DNA from: an uncultured Clostridiaceae bacterium
GTDB taxonomy: Bacteria > Bacillota_I > Bacilli_A > RFN20 > CAG-288
Direction: 5' to 3'
DNA: 50,942 nt
Assembly (NCBI GenBank): GCA_964444175.1
Contig: CAYUFI010000004.1
Span: forward strand, 1-50,942
How positions within the stretch are numbered: position 1 is the stretch's first letter; each line of letters begins with the position of its first letter. Positions 22,324 through 32,051 of the stretch are shown here, piece by piece. A program made the translations under genes and the position numbers. The notes beneath the pieces were generated by a model that was given only the letters and a program-made list of their open reading frames with translations, made no database searches and was not told the DNA's origin.

Positions 22324-24276
22324 TTACTCCGAAAGGTTCGTATCCCGAATCAGGACGTTCTTAGCGGCTTCCTCGAGCCGTTCTTGATCGGAGAGGATGT
22401 ACGTCGTCCCCTTCGTGCGCGTGATCGCCGTATAGAGGATTTGGCGGTTCAGAAGGGGATGTCCCTTCTTATCCGGCAGAACGACCAGGATGTTCTTATA
22501 ATCCGAACCCTGGGACTTATGGATTGTAATCGCGAACGCGGAATCGATCTGGGACAGAGGGATCTTCGTGAACGGATAGAACACGAACGGACCGATCTTG
22601 AAGATCTCGCCGTCCCTCTTTCCTTCGTCCTTGATCGCCTTCGTTTCCTTCCGGATCATGAAATACAGGGCGGGGTCGTCCTGAAACGAGACTAAGATCC
22701 CCGAATCCCCGTTATAGAGATCGAGGACCCGGTTATTCGTATTCACCATCATCAGCATCCCCGGGTAGTATCCGTCCACGGGAGTCTTCTTGGAAGGGTC
22801 GATGACCGCTTTCCGGATCAGGCGGTTCAGGGTTTCCACCCCGCGTTTTCCTTTATTTTCCGCGCAGAGGATCTTCGCCCGGCTCTGCACCGCGTCAATC
22901 TTTTCGAACGCTTCGACCACCGCTTTCTTTTCCTCTGCGTCCCGGTACGTCCCGACCAAGGAAGAGCAGTCCTTCTGAATGGTCTTATAGAACCGTTCCG
23001 CCCAGATTTCGGAAACTTCCAACAGTCCCTGGGCCGCGTTCTCCCCGGACAGGCGGTAATAGAACACCGGGTATTTCTTCTTATATTCCTCTTCCGTATC
23101 GTCGTGCAGGACGAACGAAGAGATGTCCTTCCAGTCTTCTTCCTTCACCGGAAGTTCTTTGCCTTCGTTCACCGCCCCGGCCAGCTCGTACACCTGCGTC
23201 CCTTTCTTGAAACGGATGGATTCGTCCAGTTCCACGATGTGGTCTTTTAAGTCCGGCCTCTTCAACAGTTCCCCGAACACCGCCCCGGCCTCGACGGAAG
23301 GCAGCTGGTTCTTATCCCCCATGATGAAAAGCCTCGCGTCGTCCGGAAGGGCGTTCAACAAAGAAGAGAACAGGCACAGATCGATCATGCTCGCTTCGTC
23401 CACCACGTAGATCGAATGGGCGGGGAGAAGGTTCTCCTTCCCGTGCACGAACAATCCGTCCTCCGGGCTCACGCCCAAAAGCGAATGGATCGTCATGCTT
23501 CCGAGATTCTCGATGTACTCACTCAGATCCGGATGTTCCGAGCGGAATTTCTCCGAGACCCACTGGTCGTAATTCCCGATGAGGCTCTCCTTCATGCGGC
23601 TCGCCGCCTTGCCGCTCGGCGCGACTAGATACACCTGATAGGAAGGATCCGACAGCAGCAGATTGATCAGCAGCTTGATGATGGACGTCGTCTTTCCCGT
23701 CCCCGGCCCGCCCGTGATGAGGAGGTTCTTCCTCAGGCCTTCCTTCGAGGCGAGTTCCTGTTTTTCGTTCAGGCGGAACCCTCCTTTAAAAATCTCTTCT
23801 TCCCTAGCGGGAACGGCCCCGTATTCTTTTTTCAACAGCTCCAGCCGCGACAGGATTCCTCTCCGGGCGATCTCGTATTTCCGGATATAGAGGAAATTCC
23901 CGTCCAGAACGAAGAAGCGGTCTTCCCCGACGAGATTCGAACGGAGCAGATCCGTTAAGGAATCCTCCATCGCTTTTTCCGAAAGCGAAAGCACAGTCTC
24001 GAAATCTTTCCCGTTAAAGTCTTCCTTCTCTTCGTTCATGATCCTCGAGGCTTCGGTTTTCTTCTTCCATTTTTCAAGAAGGACGTCTTGATCCGCGCTC
24101 ATCCCGACGTTCCCGTCTCCACTCAAGGAGAACAGGATGCAGAGAAGAATGCCGATGTCTTCCCGTTTCTTTCCGTCCTTTTCGGAGAGCTCGCCTAGGC
24201 ACACTTCGAGGGCGAACAGATCGAAAGGGGAAACCATCCGGTACCGGCTCAGCAGATCGTAAAATGTTCGGTCCAT
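22324..24276 (-). CDS. recD: Exodeoxyribonuclease V alpha subunit (RecD-type SF1 helicase)
   Basis: Motifs GGPGTGKTT, VVDEASMID and ITIHKSQGSDY. The ATG at 24276 is preceded by GGAGGATAAGGAT, where the TAA is the recB stop. The ORF-track ATG at 24315 would overlap recB by 35 nt. Confidence 0.85.
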   Translation of the reverse strand: MDRTFYDLLSRYRMVSPFDLFALEVCLGELSEKDGKKREDIGILLCILFSLSGDGNVGMSADQDVLLEKWKKKTEASRIMNEEKEDFNGKDFETVLSLSEKAMEDSLTDLLRSNLVGEDRFFVLDGNFLYIRKYEIARRGILSRLELLKKEYGAVPAREEEIFKGGFRLNEKQELASKEGLRKNLLITGGPGTGKTTSIIKLLINLLLSDPSYQVYLVAPSGKAASRMKESLIGNYDQWVSEKFRSEHPDLSEYIENLGSMTIHSLLGVSPEDGLFVHGKENLLPAHSIYVVDEASMIDLCLFSSLLNALPDDARLFIMGDKNQLPSVEAGAVFGELLKRPDLKDHIVELDESIRFKKGTQVYELAGAVNEGKELPVKEEDWKDISSFVLHDDTEEEYKKKYPVFYYRLSGENAAQGLLEVSEIWAERFYKTIQKDCSSLVGTYRDAEEKKAVVEAFEKIDAVQSRAKILCAENKGKRGVETLNRLIRKAVIDPSKKTPVDGYYPGMLMMVNTNNRVLDLYNGDSGILVSFQDDPALYFMIRKETKAIKDEGKRDGEIFKIGPFVFYPFTKIPLSQIDSAFAITIHKSQGSDYKNILVVLPDKKGHPLLNRQILYTAITRTKGTTYILSDQERLEEAAKNVLIRDTNLSE

Positions 24277-24280
24277 ATCC

Positions 24281-27200
24281 TTATCCTCCGATTTTCTCGT
24301 CCACGATTTTTTCAAACGCCTTTTTCAGATCCTTAAAGCTCTTCCAGGTGTGGGCGTAGATTCCGTTCCCGGTCCCTGTTAAGCATCCGCGTATGTACAC
24401 GTAATAGATTCCCCCGAAATGCTCCTGAAAGATCTCTTCTTCGGAGAGGTCCGGATAGGCCGGTTTCAGCCACTGGATCAGGCAGTAGGAATAAAGCGTC
24501 CTCTGGATCGAATACGAGCTGTCCGTATGGCTCTTCAGGGAATCCTTCTCCGCGTAGGAAGGGAAATCGTCGTTCGTGCGGTCCGACTTCCAGTCGATGA
24601 TCGAATAATACTCTCCCCTGCGGAACAGCAGATCGATGAACCCGTTTGCGAAATTCCTCAGCCGTTCGTCCTTCAGGTTGAAATTGAATTCGATCTCGGC
24701 TTTCTTATCCTGCGTTTGAAGTTCGTTCAAAGAGAACTGTTTCCCGGTCGCCCTTTCCCCCTGAATCTCCGGGAACGACGCGGTCAGGACGTTTTGAACC
24801 ATCTCCGACGTCGCACCTTTCCAGGAATCCGGGATTTCCCCGTATCCCTGCTCGCGGAAGCAGCGTTCGATCAGCCTTTCTCTCTTAAAAGGATCCGTCT
24901 GAGTGAAATCGCTCAGTTCGAAGATCTCGTGGAGCGTCGTCCCGATATTCGTTCCCCGCGGATAATCCGGAGGGAACGTCAAAGGATTTCTCGAAGGATC
25001 AAGCTTTGTGCCGATTGCGGTTCCTTCCTGGTCGAACCGGCTCAACCCGTCCTGTTCCCCGCCTTCCTTATCGGGGAAATCGTCCGAACTTCCGTTTTCT
25101 TTTTCTTCCGGATGGGACAGAGAGGAATACGAATGCTTATACGAGCGTCTCAAAGAATCCGTCCGAATCAGTCTCCGGATCTTTTCGTTCTGTTCTTCGG
25201 GCAATCCGTCTTCCCCTTTCTTTTCCGAGCGGGAAAGGATTTCTCCGACCCGGTCTTTCATGTCTTTCATAGAGAAGCCGTTCAAAGCTTCGTCGATCTT
25301 CATGACGAATTCCGGATGGTCCGAAGTAAATCCGGACGGCAGGATTCTGCCGTCCTTATCGTTCACTTCGTCGAGCATCAGGATGAAACGGGGACGGGTG
25401 TAGGCCACGTAATAGAGCCTGTTGACCTCGCGGTTCGATTCGGAAGCGTACAAGTTCTTTTCTTCGTCCTGCGGATTGAGCGAAAGAAGGGAGACCGTCT
25501 TCCCGGAAGGATCCTTGGCGTGATACGTCAGCACGGAGAGAGTGCTCGCCTTTTTCTCTTTCTTCTGCCCGACGCTGATCACGATCGGGAAATCGAGTCC
25601 TTTGGACGCGTGCATCGTCATCAGCTGCACCGCGCCGAAGTCGGTGGATTTCCGTACGGCCGTCCCTTCTTGAGAGTCGTCCGAATCGGTATATCCGGCG
25701 GAGAGGTTCCGTAATTTCGCAGCGAGCTCGCTTAAGGAATGTCCCGCAGAAAGATACGAGACGGCGTAATCCCCTATCTGCCTGTATTTCCCGAAGCTCT
25801 GCATTTCGTTCAACGAGGAGAGGCGCTTACTGAGATCCGTCGAGACGAGGATGTCATCGAACAGGTCCTCGTACCGGGCTTCGGAGGCAAGAAGGCGCCA
25901 TTTTTCGAAGAGCCGGATTTCCTTCAGATCGTCGCGTTCCGTGTCGGGGCTCGCGAGGTCTTTTAAGGAACAACCGAAAAATTCCGTGAAGAGTGCTTTT
26001 CTGAATAGATCCCGTTTATTTCCCGTAAAGTCCGTCGTATCGACCGCTTCGACCACGGCGATCCAGTCGGCGCATTCCTTCCCGAAGAACAGGTCGGTGT
26101 CCTTGTACTGCAGGAACGGGATTCCGGCTTTCCGGAGCTCGTTCTTGATCGGAATCAGCTCGCTCCTCTTCTGGGCCAGAACGGCGAAGTCCCTGAACGA
26201 CGCGTTCCGGAAGACGGGGTCCTTTCCTCTCTTCTTGATCTCCATCTGCAGGTTCGTCTTCCCGTCCTCTCCGAGCGTGCAGGCGTCGACGATCATCGCG
26301 ACGGCCTTCTTAGCGTATTCCTTCTGGTCTTTCTCGGCGCAGACCCAGAGCGGCTTCGCGACTTTTCCTTTGTAAGAAGCTTCGAAATACGATTCGTCCC
26401 CTTTCTTCTGGGAAGCGGAAGGAAGGAATTCTGTATTGCCGAAATCGTAGAAATGCTGCGTGGAGAACAGGGCGTTAGACGCCTCGACCATCTCGTTCCT
26501 CGAGCGGTAATTCTTATTGAGGACGCATAATTCCCCGCCGTGGGCGAGGATCGTTTCCTTGGCCTTGTAATAGACCTCGATGTCCGCCCCCTGGAAAGAA
26601 TAGATGGACTGCTTTGGATCCCCGACGACGATCAGGTGGTGCCCTTCGGTCAGGAAGACGGACGAAAAGATGTCGAACTGCTTCTGGTTCGTGTCCTGGA
26701 ATTCGTCGATGATGGCGTACCGGTACTCTTCCCTGAGCTTCTCCTTCAGAGGGGAATCCTTCTTCAGCACGTTCTCGCGGACATCGCGGAGCATGTCGTT
26801 AAAATCCAGCGAGCAGGATTTCTCCTTCTCTTCCTGATACGCCCTGTAGAAATCCCCGAGCGAATCCCGGACAAGGGAGAGCTGCGCGTTCTTTTCCGCG
26901 CGGGACACGGCGTTTTCGAATTCATCGCGGATCGACTTCATCCGCTTGAGATTGTCCTTGTAGCGTTCGTTCTTCGCTTTGTTCTCTTCGGTCTTTTTGG
27001 CTTTCGGATCGAGGAAGGTGCGGAATTTGTTTCCGTCGTATTTCAAAAGGGAGGCGAGAATTCCGAAATCGCGGTATTTCTTATAGGCGGGCACGAGCGA
27101 AGCGAAATTGTTTCGGATCGCTTCGGCCCATAAACGCGCCCTTAGGAAGTTCGGATCCGTTTCGTTCAAACAGTCTTCGTAGAAGCGGACGAACGCGTCC

Positions 27201-27880
27201 AAAGGAGGCATATAGCCGGATAACGTCGATAAATCCTCGACTTTTTCCAGCTTCGACACGGCGGTCATGAACGAAAGGATGTCCTGAAAACCGATGCCTT
27301 TTTCCGTCTCCAGAGCGACGATCGACGGGTCTTCCTTCCCTTCCGAATCGAGATAGTACAGATCGGCGGCCTTTACGAGCGTGTCACAGATATTTTCGAA
27401 ATCGACCCCGACGCCCAGATCCAGCAGGGAATTGACGCGGTTCAGGAAATTTCCTTCCCGGACGTAGCGGGAGACGAAAGCCGAAAGGGCGGTTTCGTCC
27501 AGCATGGTCCGGTTCAGCGACATCCCGGCGGATACGCCGTATTTCTTCAAAGAGTTTTCGCAGAAGGAGTGGATCGTGTAGACCGGGGCGGTATCGGCGT
27601 CCTGGCTATGGATTTTTTCGCGGATTTCGGGAGGAAGCGTCGGGTTCTTCCCCTCCTCGAGGATCTTTTCCCGGATCCGAGATTTCAGTTCCCCGGCCGC
27701 CTTATCTGTATAGGTGACGATCAGGATGTCTTTTAAGGACAGGTTCAAAGACGGGTCGAGAAGGAGCTTCCCGACGATTTGAACGATGCTGTAGGTCTTC
27801 CCGGTTCCGGCGGAAGCTTCGAGCACGTAGTTTTTCGAAGGATCGAACCGGCCGATGTCGAAAATATGGGCGTTACTCAT
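24281..27880 (-). CDS. recB: Exodeoxyribonuclease V beta subunit (RecB-type helicase-nuclease)
   Basis: UvrD-like motifs EASAGTGKTYSI and IIDEFQDTN. The C-terminal PD-(D/E)xK nuclease reads GFIDLLFRRGEYYSIIDWKSD. 1199 aa. The start overlaps the recC stop (ATGAGTAA). Confidence 0.85.
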   Translation of the reverse strand: MSNAHIFDIGRFDPSKNYVLEASAGTGKTYSIVQIVGKLLLDPSLNLSLKDILIVTYTDKAAGELKSRIREKILEEGKNPTLPPEIREKIHSQDADTAPVYTIHSFCENSLKKYGVSAGMSLNRTMLDETALSAFVSRYVREGNFLNRVNSLLDLGVGVDFENICDTLVKAADLYYLDSEGKEDPSIVALETEKGIGFQDILSFMTAVSKLEKVEDLSTLSGYMPPLDAFVRFYEDCLNETDPNFLRARLWAEAIRNNFASLVPAYKKYRDFGILASLLKYDGNKFRTFLDPKAKKTEENKAKNERYKDNLKRMKSIRDEFENAVSRAEKNAQLSLVRDSLGDFYRAYQEEKEKSCSLDFNDMLRDVRENVLKKDSPLKEKLREEYRYAIIDEFQDTNQKQFDIFSSVFLTEGHHLIVVGDPKQSIYSFQGADIEVYYKAKETILAHGGELCVLNKNYRSRNEMVEASNALFSTQHFYDFGNTEFLPSASQKKGDESYFEASYKGKVAKPLWVCAEKDQKEYAKKAVAMIVDACTLGEDGKTNLQMEIKKRGKDPVFRNASFRDFAVLAQKRSELIPIKNELRKAGIPFLQYKDTDLFFGKECADWIAVVEAVDTTDFTGNKRDLFRKALFTEFFGCSLKDLASPDTERDDLKEIRLFEKWRLLASEARYEDLFDDILVSTDLSKRLSSLNEMQSFGKYRQIGDYAVSYLSAGHSLSELAAKLRNLSAGYTDSDDSQEGTAVRKSTDFGAVQLMTMHASKGLDFPIVISVGQKKEKKASTLSVLTYHAKDPSGKTVSLLSLNPQDEEKNLYASESNREVNRLYYVAYTRPRFILMLDEVNDKDGRILPSGFTSDHPEFVMKIDEALNGFSMKDMKDRVGEILSRSEKKGEDGLPEEQNEKIRRLIRTDSLRRSYKHSYSSLSHPEEKENGSSDDFPDKEGGEQDGLSRFDQEGTAIGTKLDPSRNPLTFPPDYPRGTNIGTTLHEIFELSDFTQTDPFKRERLIERCFREQGYGEIPDSWKGATSEMVQNVLTASFPEIQGERATGKQFSLNELQTQDKKAEIEFNFNLKDERLRNFANGFIDLLFRRGEYYSIIDWKSDRTNDDFPSYAEKDSLKSHTDSSYSIQRTLYSYCLIQWLKPAYPDLSEEEIFQEHFGGIYYVYIRGCLTGTGNGIYAHTWKSFKDLKKAFEKIVDEKIGG

Positions 27881-30755
27881 GTTCTTTCTTCTCCGTCTTC
27901 TCTTTTAAAAGCGGTCCGATCAGTTCCCCGACCGAAGCGGCTTCTTCCTGAAATTCCTGCCGGAAGCCCTCTTCGCTGTAACCCAGACTCTCCTGGCGGA
28001 ACAGGTTCCTGTTATCAAAGTATTTCCAGACGCCCGCGTTCTGATCCCGGAGGGACTGGTTCAGTTCGAACGGATCGTTCGGGAGGTTTTTGTTTTCTTC
28101 GCAGTTGACCGGATACGCGCGGACGGAGGAAGGATTGTTCATCCGTCCGTAAATCTTTTTCAGATACGTCCGGGCGCTTTCTTTCGTCATTCCGAACGAG
28201 CGTGTCTCTTTCCTGCCGACGCAGAGAGTGATCCCGTACGTCCCTTCTTCCCTTCCGGCAACGTCCATCAGTGCAGATAGATAGAGCGGGATGAAATCCG
28301 AAAGCCCCGGCTTGGACTCCTTGAATTCCTTCAAAGGGAAATACGTCAGGGCGTTCCCGTCTTCTTTTCTTAGAAACGTGTTCATGGAGACCAGGGTCGC
28401 CTTCCCCGAATCCGTGTCGAAAACCAGATCCGGCAGGCGGACCGCCCGGAAGCCGTCTCCGTGAGCTTCCGAAATGTCCTTTTTCGTTCTCTCGGCTTTC
28501 TTGGCAATCTGATCGAACTTCCCGTAAGAGAACGCGGAATTTCCGAAGGGGATTTCCCGGTTCCGTACGAATTCTTTCCAGAGGGCTTTTTCCTCCTCTT
28601 CGGGGAACGCATCGGCGTTCAGAACGTAGAGCTTCTCCAGCAGGGACGAAAAGACCTTGTATTCGGTGAGGGTGTCGTAATCGAGAGGTTCGTATTCCTC
28701 CCTTAACCGTTCTTCCGAATCGTCGCCTTTTCCAAAAAGCAGATCGGAACGGTATTTCAGCGGTTCGGTCAGAAAATCCTTCATCTGGCTCAGATAGACC
28801 GTCGCGGGCGGTTCGGGGACCGCCTTGAAAACGGAAGGCGAAGCCTTATCCTCTTCCCCGCCTTTCAAAAGAGACGAGAAATAGTCCTTGTCCTTATATT
28901 CCTTCCGGGTGAAAAGCTCGCTGTACGGACGTTTCTCATCGAGCCCGTAAAAGACCGGAACGGGTTCTTTTCCTTCGTTTTCCTTCCGTTCCCCGTTCAG
29001 TTTCAGATAGAACGAGGAAGGATAGAATTCCTCGTCGGTCGCAGAGTCCTTATAGACGTAACTGTAATGGAATTCCTCCGCCCCGCAGAACGCCTGAAGG
29101 CGGAAATACGCGTATTCCGGCCTGGGGAGATCTTTCTCCGGACGCTGATCGAGCTCGCTTGAGAACGGGTTGTTCGGGAAAGCGTTCGAAGATCCTCCTA
29201 AGAAGAACACGTACCGGTCCGATAAGACCGCCTCTTCCAAGTAAGAGACGAAGCTCACGCCGGACGTAAAGAGTTCTCCTCCCGTAGAAGAGGAATTCTT
29301 CACGGCATCGGAAAGGGAACGGAGCAGGGCTTCGAAAGGAACGCCGTCCTTTCCGAAGTCAGATACAGAAAGGGCGTTCCCTTCCTTCAGCAGACTCCGG
29401 TACAGCGGATTCTGTTCGTTCCCGTTCTCGTCTTTTACAGAAAGGAAGCGTCCCAATAGTTCCAAGAACGGAGGGATTTCCTCCGGCTTTAAGAAAGCCG
29501 CGTCCTTATATTTCATCAGATCTTCGAGGTCGGAGATGAACGAGCAGAGTTTAACGCACTCCTCCGGACCGAAGCTCAGATTCGCGTACGGTTCGTACTC
29601 GTCCCCGCCTAATTCGATGACTCTGTCCTCCTTCTGGTTCACGTCCAGGAACTTCGAAAGGACGATCCTCTTAAAAACGTACAGCCAGTCGTCGCCGGAT
29701 TCCCCGTTCCGGTAAGCGTTCATTCTGACGATCGAATCCGCGAAGACCGAGATGTCGTCCGGGGTGAGATCCCTCGCCTCCTGCACCGCCTTGTTCTGAA
29801 GGAGAGAGACGAAATCGAGCCGGTCGCAGAAACCTTTAATCAGGATCTCCCGCATTTTCGAAAGAGCGTTATAGTCTTCCGAAAGAGAGGAGGATGGACC
29901 AGAAAGGACGAACGGGATGTCCGGATACTCCTTCCCGTCCTGAGTGAACACCTTGCGGATATCCTGCTCATATTCCGAGATGTCCGGGGCCACGACTAAG
30001 AAGTCCTTATAAGAAACTCCTTCCTTTCCGCAGAGCTTACAGATTTCCGAATGGAGGATTTGGACCTCGGTCGTTTTGCTCGCCGAAGCGGAATAGAAAA
30101 ATTCAGGGGATTTTGAAGAGCAAACTTTATAAATAATTACAGAATGTTTCTTTCCGTAATTCCGGATGATTTCCTCTTCTTTCGTTGGAATACGGGCAGT
30201 GCCGAAAACAAGGATGTCCTCCCCGCCGTCCGATTCAAGCAGCCGTTCCCCGATGCTCTTCAGCGTCCCGAGGCGGCGTTCTTCAAGCTCTTTTAAAACC
30301 GCGTCGAATAGGATCTTCTGACCGCCTTCCGGTTCGAATCCGGTTTGGTCGTATTCCAGAAACAATGACGCGAGAGCATCGCTCAGATCGTACAGATGGG
30401 AGGAGTAGGCGGTTCCATCCGGATCGAGATATTTCTGAATTTCAGGATCCAGTTCCCCGACGTTCTCATAGTGGGAAAGGCGGGCAAGCAGCAGATTCCG
30501 CACGTCCCTTTTTTTAGCGAATCCGAAATAGGGCCTTTCAGGAAGGAGAGAAAGAAGTCCGTCCGGAATCAGAGAGAAATCCACGTTCATCAGGACGTCC
30601 GAACGGTGCGAAAGGTAATAAGCTTTGAACCAGTCTTTCAGGCGCCCGGACGGGATAAGGATCTTGGCCGTGCGAAAGAAATCCTTCCTTCCGGAAAGTT
30701 TCCGGATCAATTCGCCGGCCAGTTCTTCGAGCGTTCCTTCTTTTACTTCGATCAT
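27873..30755 (-). CDS. recC: Exodeoxyribonuclease V gamma subunit-like protein (RecC-like)
   Basis: 960 aa and first gene of the three-gene operon. The N-terminal layout (ILIPSGRLKDWFKAYYL...MNVDFSLIPDGL) parallels E. coli RecC (ILVQSTGMAQWLQMTL...NIDFPLPASF). There are no Walker motifs and no C-terminal Cys cluster as found in AddB. Confidence 0.7.
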   Translation of the reverse strand: MIEVKEGTLEELAGELIRKLSGRKDFFRTAKILIPSGRLKDWFKAYYLSHRSDVLMNVDFSLIPDGLLSLLPERPYFGFAKKRDVRNLLLARLSHYENVGELDPEIQKYLDPDGTAYSSHLYDLSDALASLFLEYDQTGFEPEGGQKILFDAVLKELEERRLGTLKSIGERLLESDGGEDILVFGTARIPTKEEEIIRNYGKKHSVIIYKVCSSKSPEFFYSASASKTTEVQILHSEICKLCGKEGVSYKDFLVVAPDISEYEQDIRKVFTQDGKEYPDIPFVLSGPSSSLSEDYNALSKMREILIKGFCDRLDFVSLLQNKAVQEARDLTPDDISVFADSIVRMNAYRNGESGDDWLYVFKRIVLSKFLDVNQKEDRVIELGGDEYEPYANLSFGPEECVKLCSFISDLEDLMKYKDAAFLKPEEIPPFLELLGRFLSVKDENGNEQNPLYRSLLKEGNALSVSDFGKDGVPFEALLRSLSDAVKNSSSTGGELFTSGVSFVSYLEEAVLSDRYVFFLGGSSNAFPNNPFSSELDQRPEKDLPRPEYAYFRLQAFCGAEEFHYSYVYKDSATDEEFYPSSFYLKLNGERKENEGKEPVPVFYGLDEKRPYSELFTRKEYKDKDYFSSLLKGGEEDKASPSVFKAVPEPPATVYLSQMKDFLTEPLKYRSDLLFGKGDDSEERLREEYEPLDYDTLTEYKVFSSLLEKLYVLNADAFPEEEEKALWKEFVRNREIPFGNSAFSYGKFDQIAKKAERTKKDISEAHGDGFRAVRLPDLVFDTDSGKATLVSMNTFLRKEDGNALTYFPLKEFKESKPGLSDFIPLYLSALMDVAGREEGTYGITLCVGRKETRSFGMTKESARTYLKKIYGRMNNPSSVRAYPVNCEENKNLPNDPFELNQSLRDQNAGVWKYFDNRNLFRQESLGYSEEGFRQEFQEEAASVGELIGPLLKEKTEKKEHE

Positions 30756-30760
30756 CTTTT

Positions 30761-30769
30761 CCCCCCCCC
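30761..30769 (-). repeat. Homopolymeric G9 tract (C9 on plus strand) inside the recC ribosome-binding region
   Basis: The minus strand reads GGAAGAGGGGGGGGGAAAAGATG. The tract ends 5 nt before the recC ATG at 30755. Confidence 0.95.
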
Positions 30770-30935
30770 TCTTCCGTCCCTTTCAATATTATAAGTTCCG
30801 CGGGGTACGGATTTAAGAGAGTTCCTCCCCGGACTTTGAACTCGGCCTATGTTCAAAAGACACGCTTTGTCCGGAAGGGCATTTTTCAGAGTCTGTGGAT
30901 CCGTCCGGCGAGAACTCCGCAAAACGCGTGGATCC

Positions 30936-32036
30936 CTATTCTTTGTTGAAAACGGATACGGTGATATCCATTTCCTGTTTTGTCCCGCCGGCGTGGGCGG
31001 ACTTTAAAGGATAGACGTTCGGCTGATAGAGAGAGACCGGGCCTTTAGCGATCCACAGGACGCCCCCGATTCCGTAACGGAACGTCGGATGCTCGTTTTC
31101 TTCCTTTACGTCCCCGAAAATCCTGTTCTTCAAAACTTCCTCTTTCGTATAGATATCGAAATCGTCCGCATAGTATTTTTTCGAAAGACTCAGGAATTCT
31201 TCTTTCTTTTCCTCTTTGAGATAAAAAGCCGGGCATCTCGGTTCCAGCCCGAACTGAGGAAGGCGGAGGCATTCCTTCATCTCCTGATGTTCGTCGAGGG
31301 AACGGTACGAATGGTCGATGTGCCCGTGGTCCGCCAAAACGAGGAAACACACTTCCCGATGGGCTTCCATGAAGTTCTTCAGTTTCGAATCGATGTTCGA
31401 AAGCGTGCGGGAAACGTAGCGGCTTTTCGTCCCGTATTCGTGCATCAGGGAATCCGGGTTCGGCCAATACAAATACGAAAAATCGTGCGTCGCCACGCAT
31501 TTTTCCGACGCTTTGATAAACACGCGGAAATTTCCTTTGTATTCTTTCCTGAACCCTTCCACCTTCGCGGCGGTATACTCCGTCTCACGGTTGATCCGGT
31601 CGATGATGCTCGTATATTTCAAAAAGTCCGAGACGGCGGGAGAGCAGGCCGTTCCGTCGTCCGAGAACGAATTCAGGAACAGGGTTACCGGGCGGGAGAA
31701 ACGTTCGAACTGCTCCGTCCAGGCGAGCCAGCCGTGTTCGGCTGGATAAAGCCCGCTGAGCAGGGACGTCGTCGCCGCGGTCGTAGTCGGAGGGAAGACC
31801 GAAGTGGAAGAAAAAGAAGGGAGAGAAGCGAGGAACGGCGTGTCTTTCCGATGGATTTCCTGAATGGCCGTCCCGTATCCGTCGAGGAGGATGACGGCGA
31901 TCTTCTTTCGTTTCGGAACGAGGGAGTCGAACAAGGAATCAATCCTCGGATCTCCCGGATGAAAAGTCTTCAGGCCGTAATGGCGGAGAAGGCTGTTCGC
32001 GACGGATACCAGGTTGCGGTTCGGATCGTAATACAT
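30936..32036 (-). CDS. Alkaline-phosphatase-superfamily protein, type I phosphodiesterase/nucleotide pyrophosphatase-like
   Basis: Motifs ILLDGYG, the nucleophile region FPPTTTAATTSLLSGLYPAEHG, and LADHGH. No signal peptide. Confidence 0.7.
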   Translation of the reverse strand: MYYDPNRNLVSVANSLLRHYGLKTFHPGDPRIDSLFDSLVPKRKKIAVILLDGYGTAIQEIHRKDTPFLASLPSFSSTSVFPPTTTAATTSLLSGLYPAEHGWLAWTEQFERFSRPVTLFLNSFSDDGTACSPAVSDFLKYTSIIDRINRETEYTAAKVEGFRKEYKGNFRVFIKASEKCVATHDFSYLYWPNPDSLMHEYGTKSRYVSRTLSNIDSKLKNFMEAHREVCFLVLADHGHIDHSYRSLDEHQEMKECLRLPQFGLEPRCPAFYLKEEKKEEFLSLSKKYYADDFDIYTKEEVLKNRIFGDVKEENEHPTFRYGIGGVLWIAKGPVSLYQPNVYPLKSAHAGGTKQEMDITVSVFNKE

Positions 32037-32051
32037 GGCGTGTTTCCTCTC

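Noticed and set aside
24281-30755. An AddA/AddB (RexAB) interpretation of the two large helicase-nuclease genes.
   Set aside because: The first protein lacks a Walker A motif, the C-terminal nuclease motif and the AddB Fe-S Cys cluster. A RecD gene is translationally coupled immediately downstream. The order recC-recB-recD fits RecBCD better. This remains to be confirmed with HMMs.
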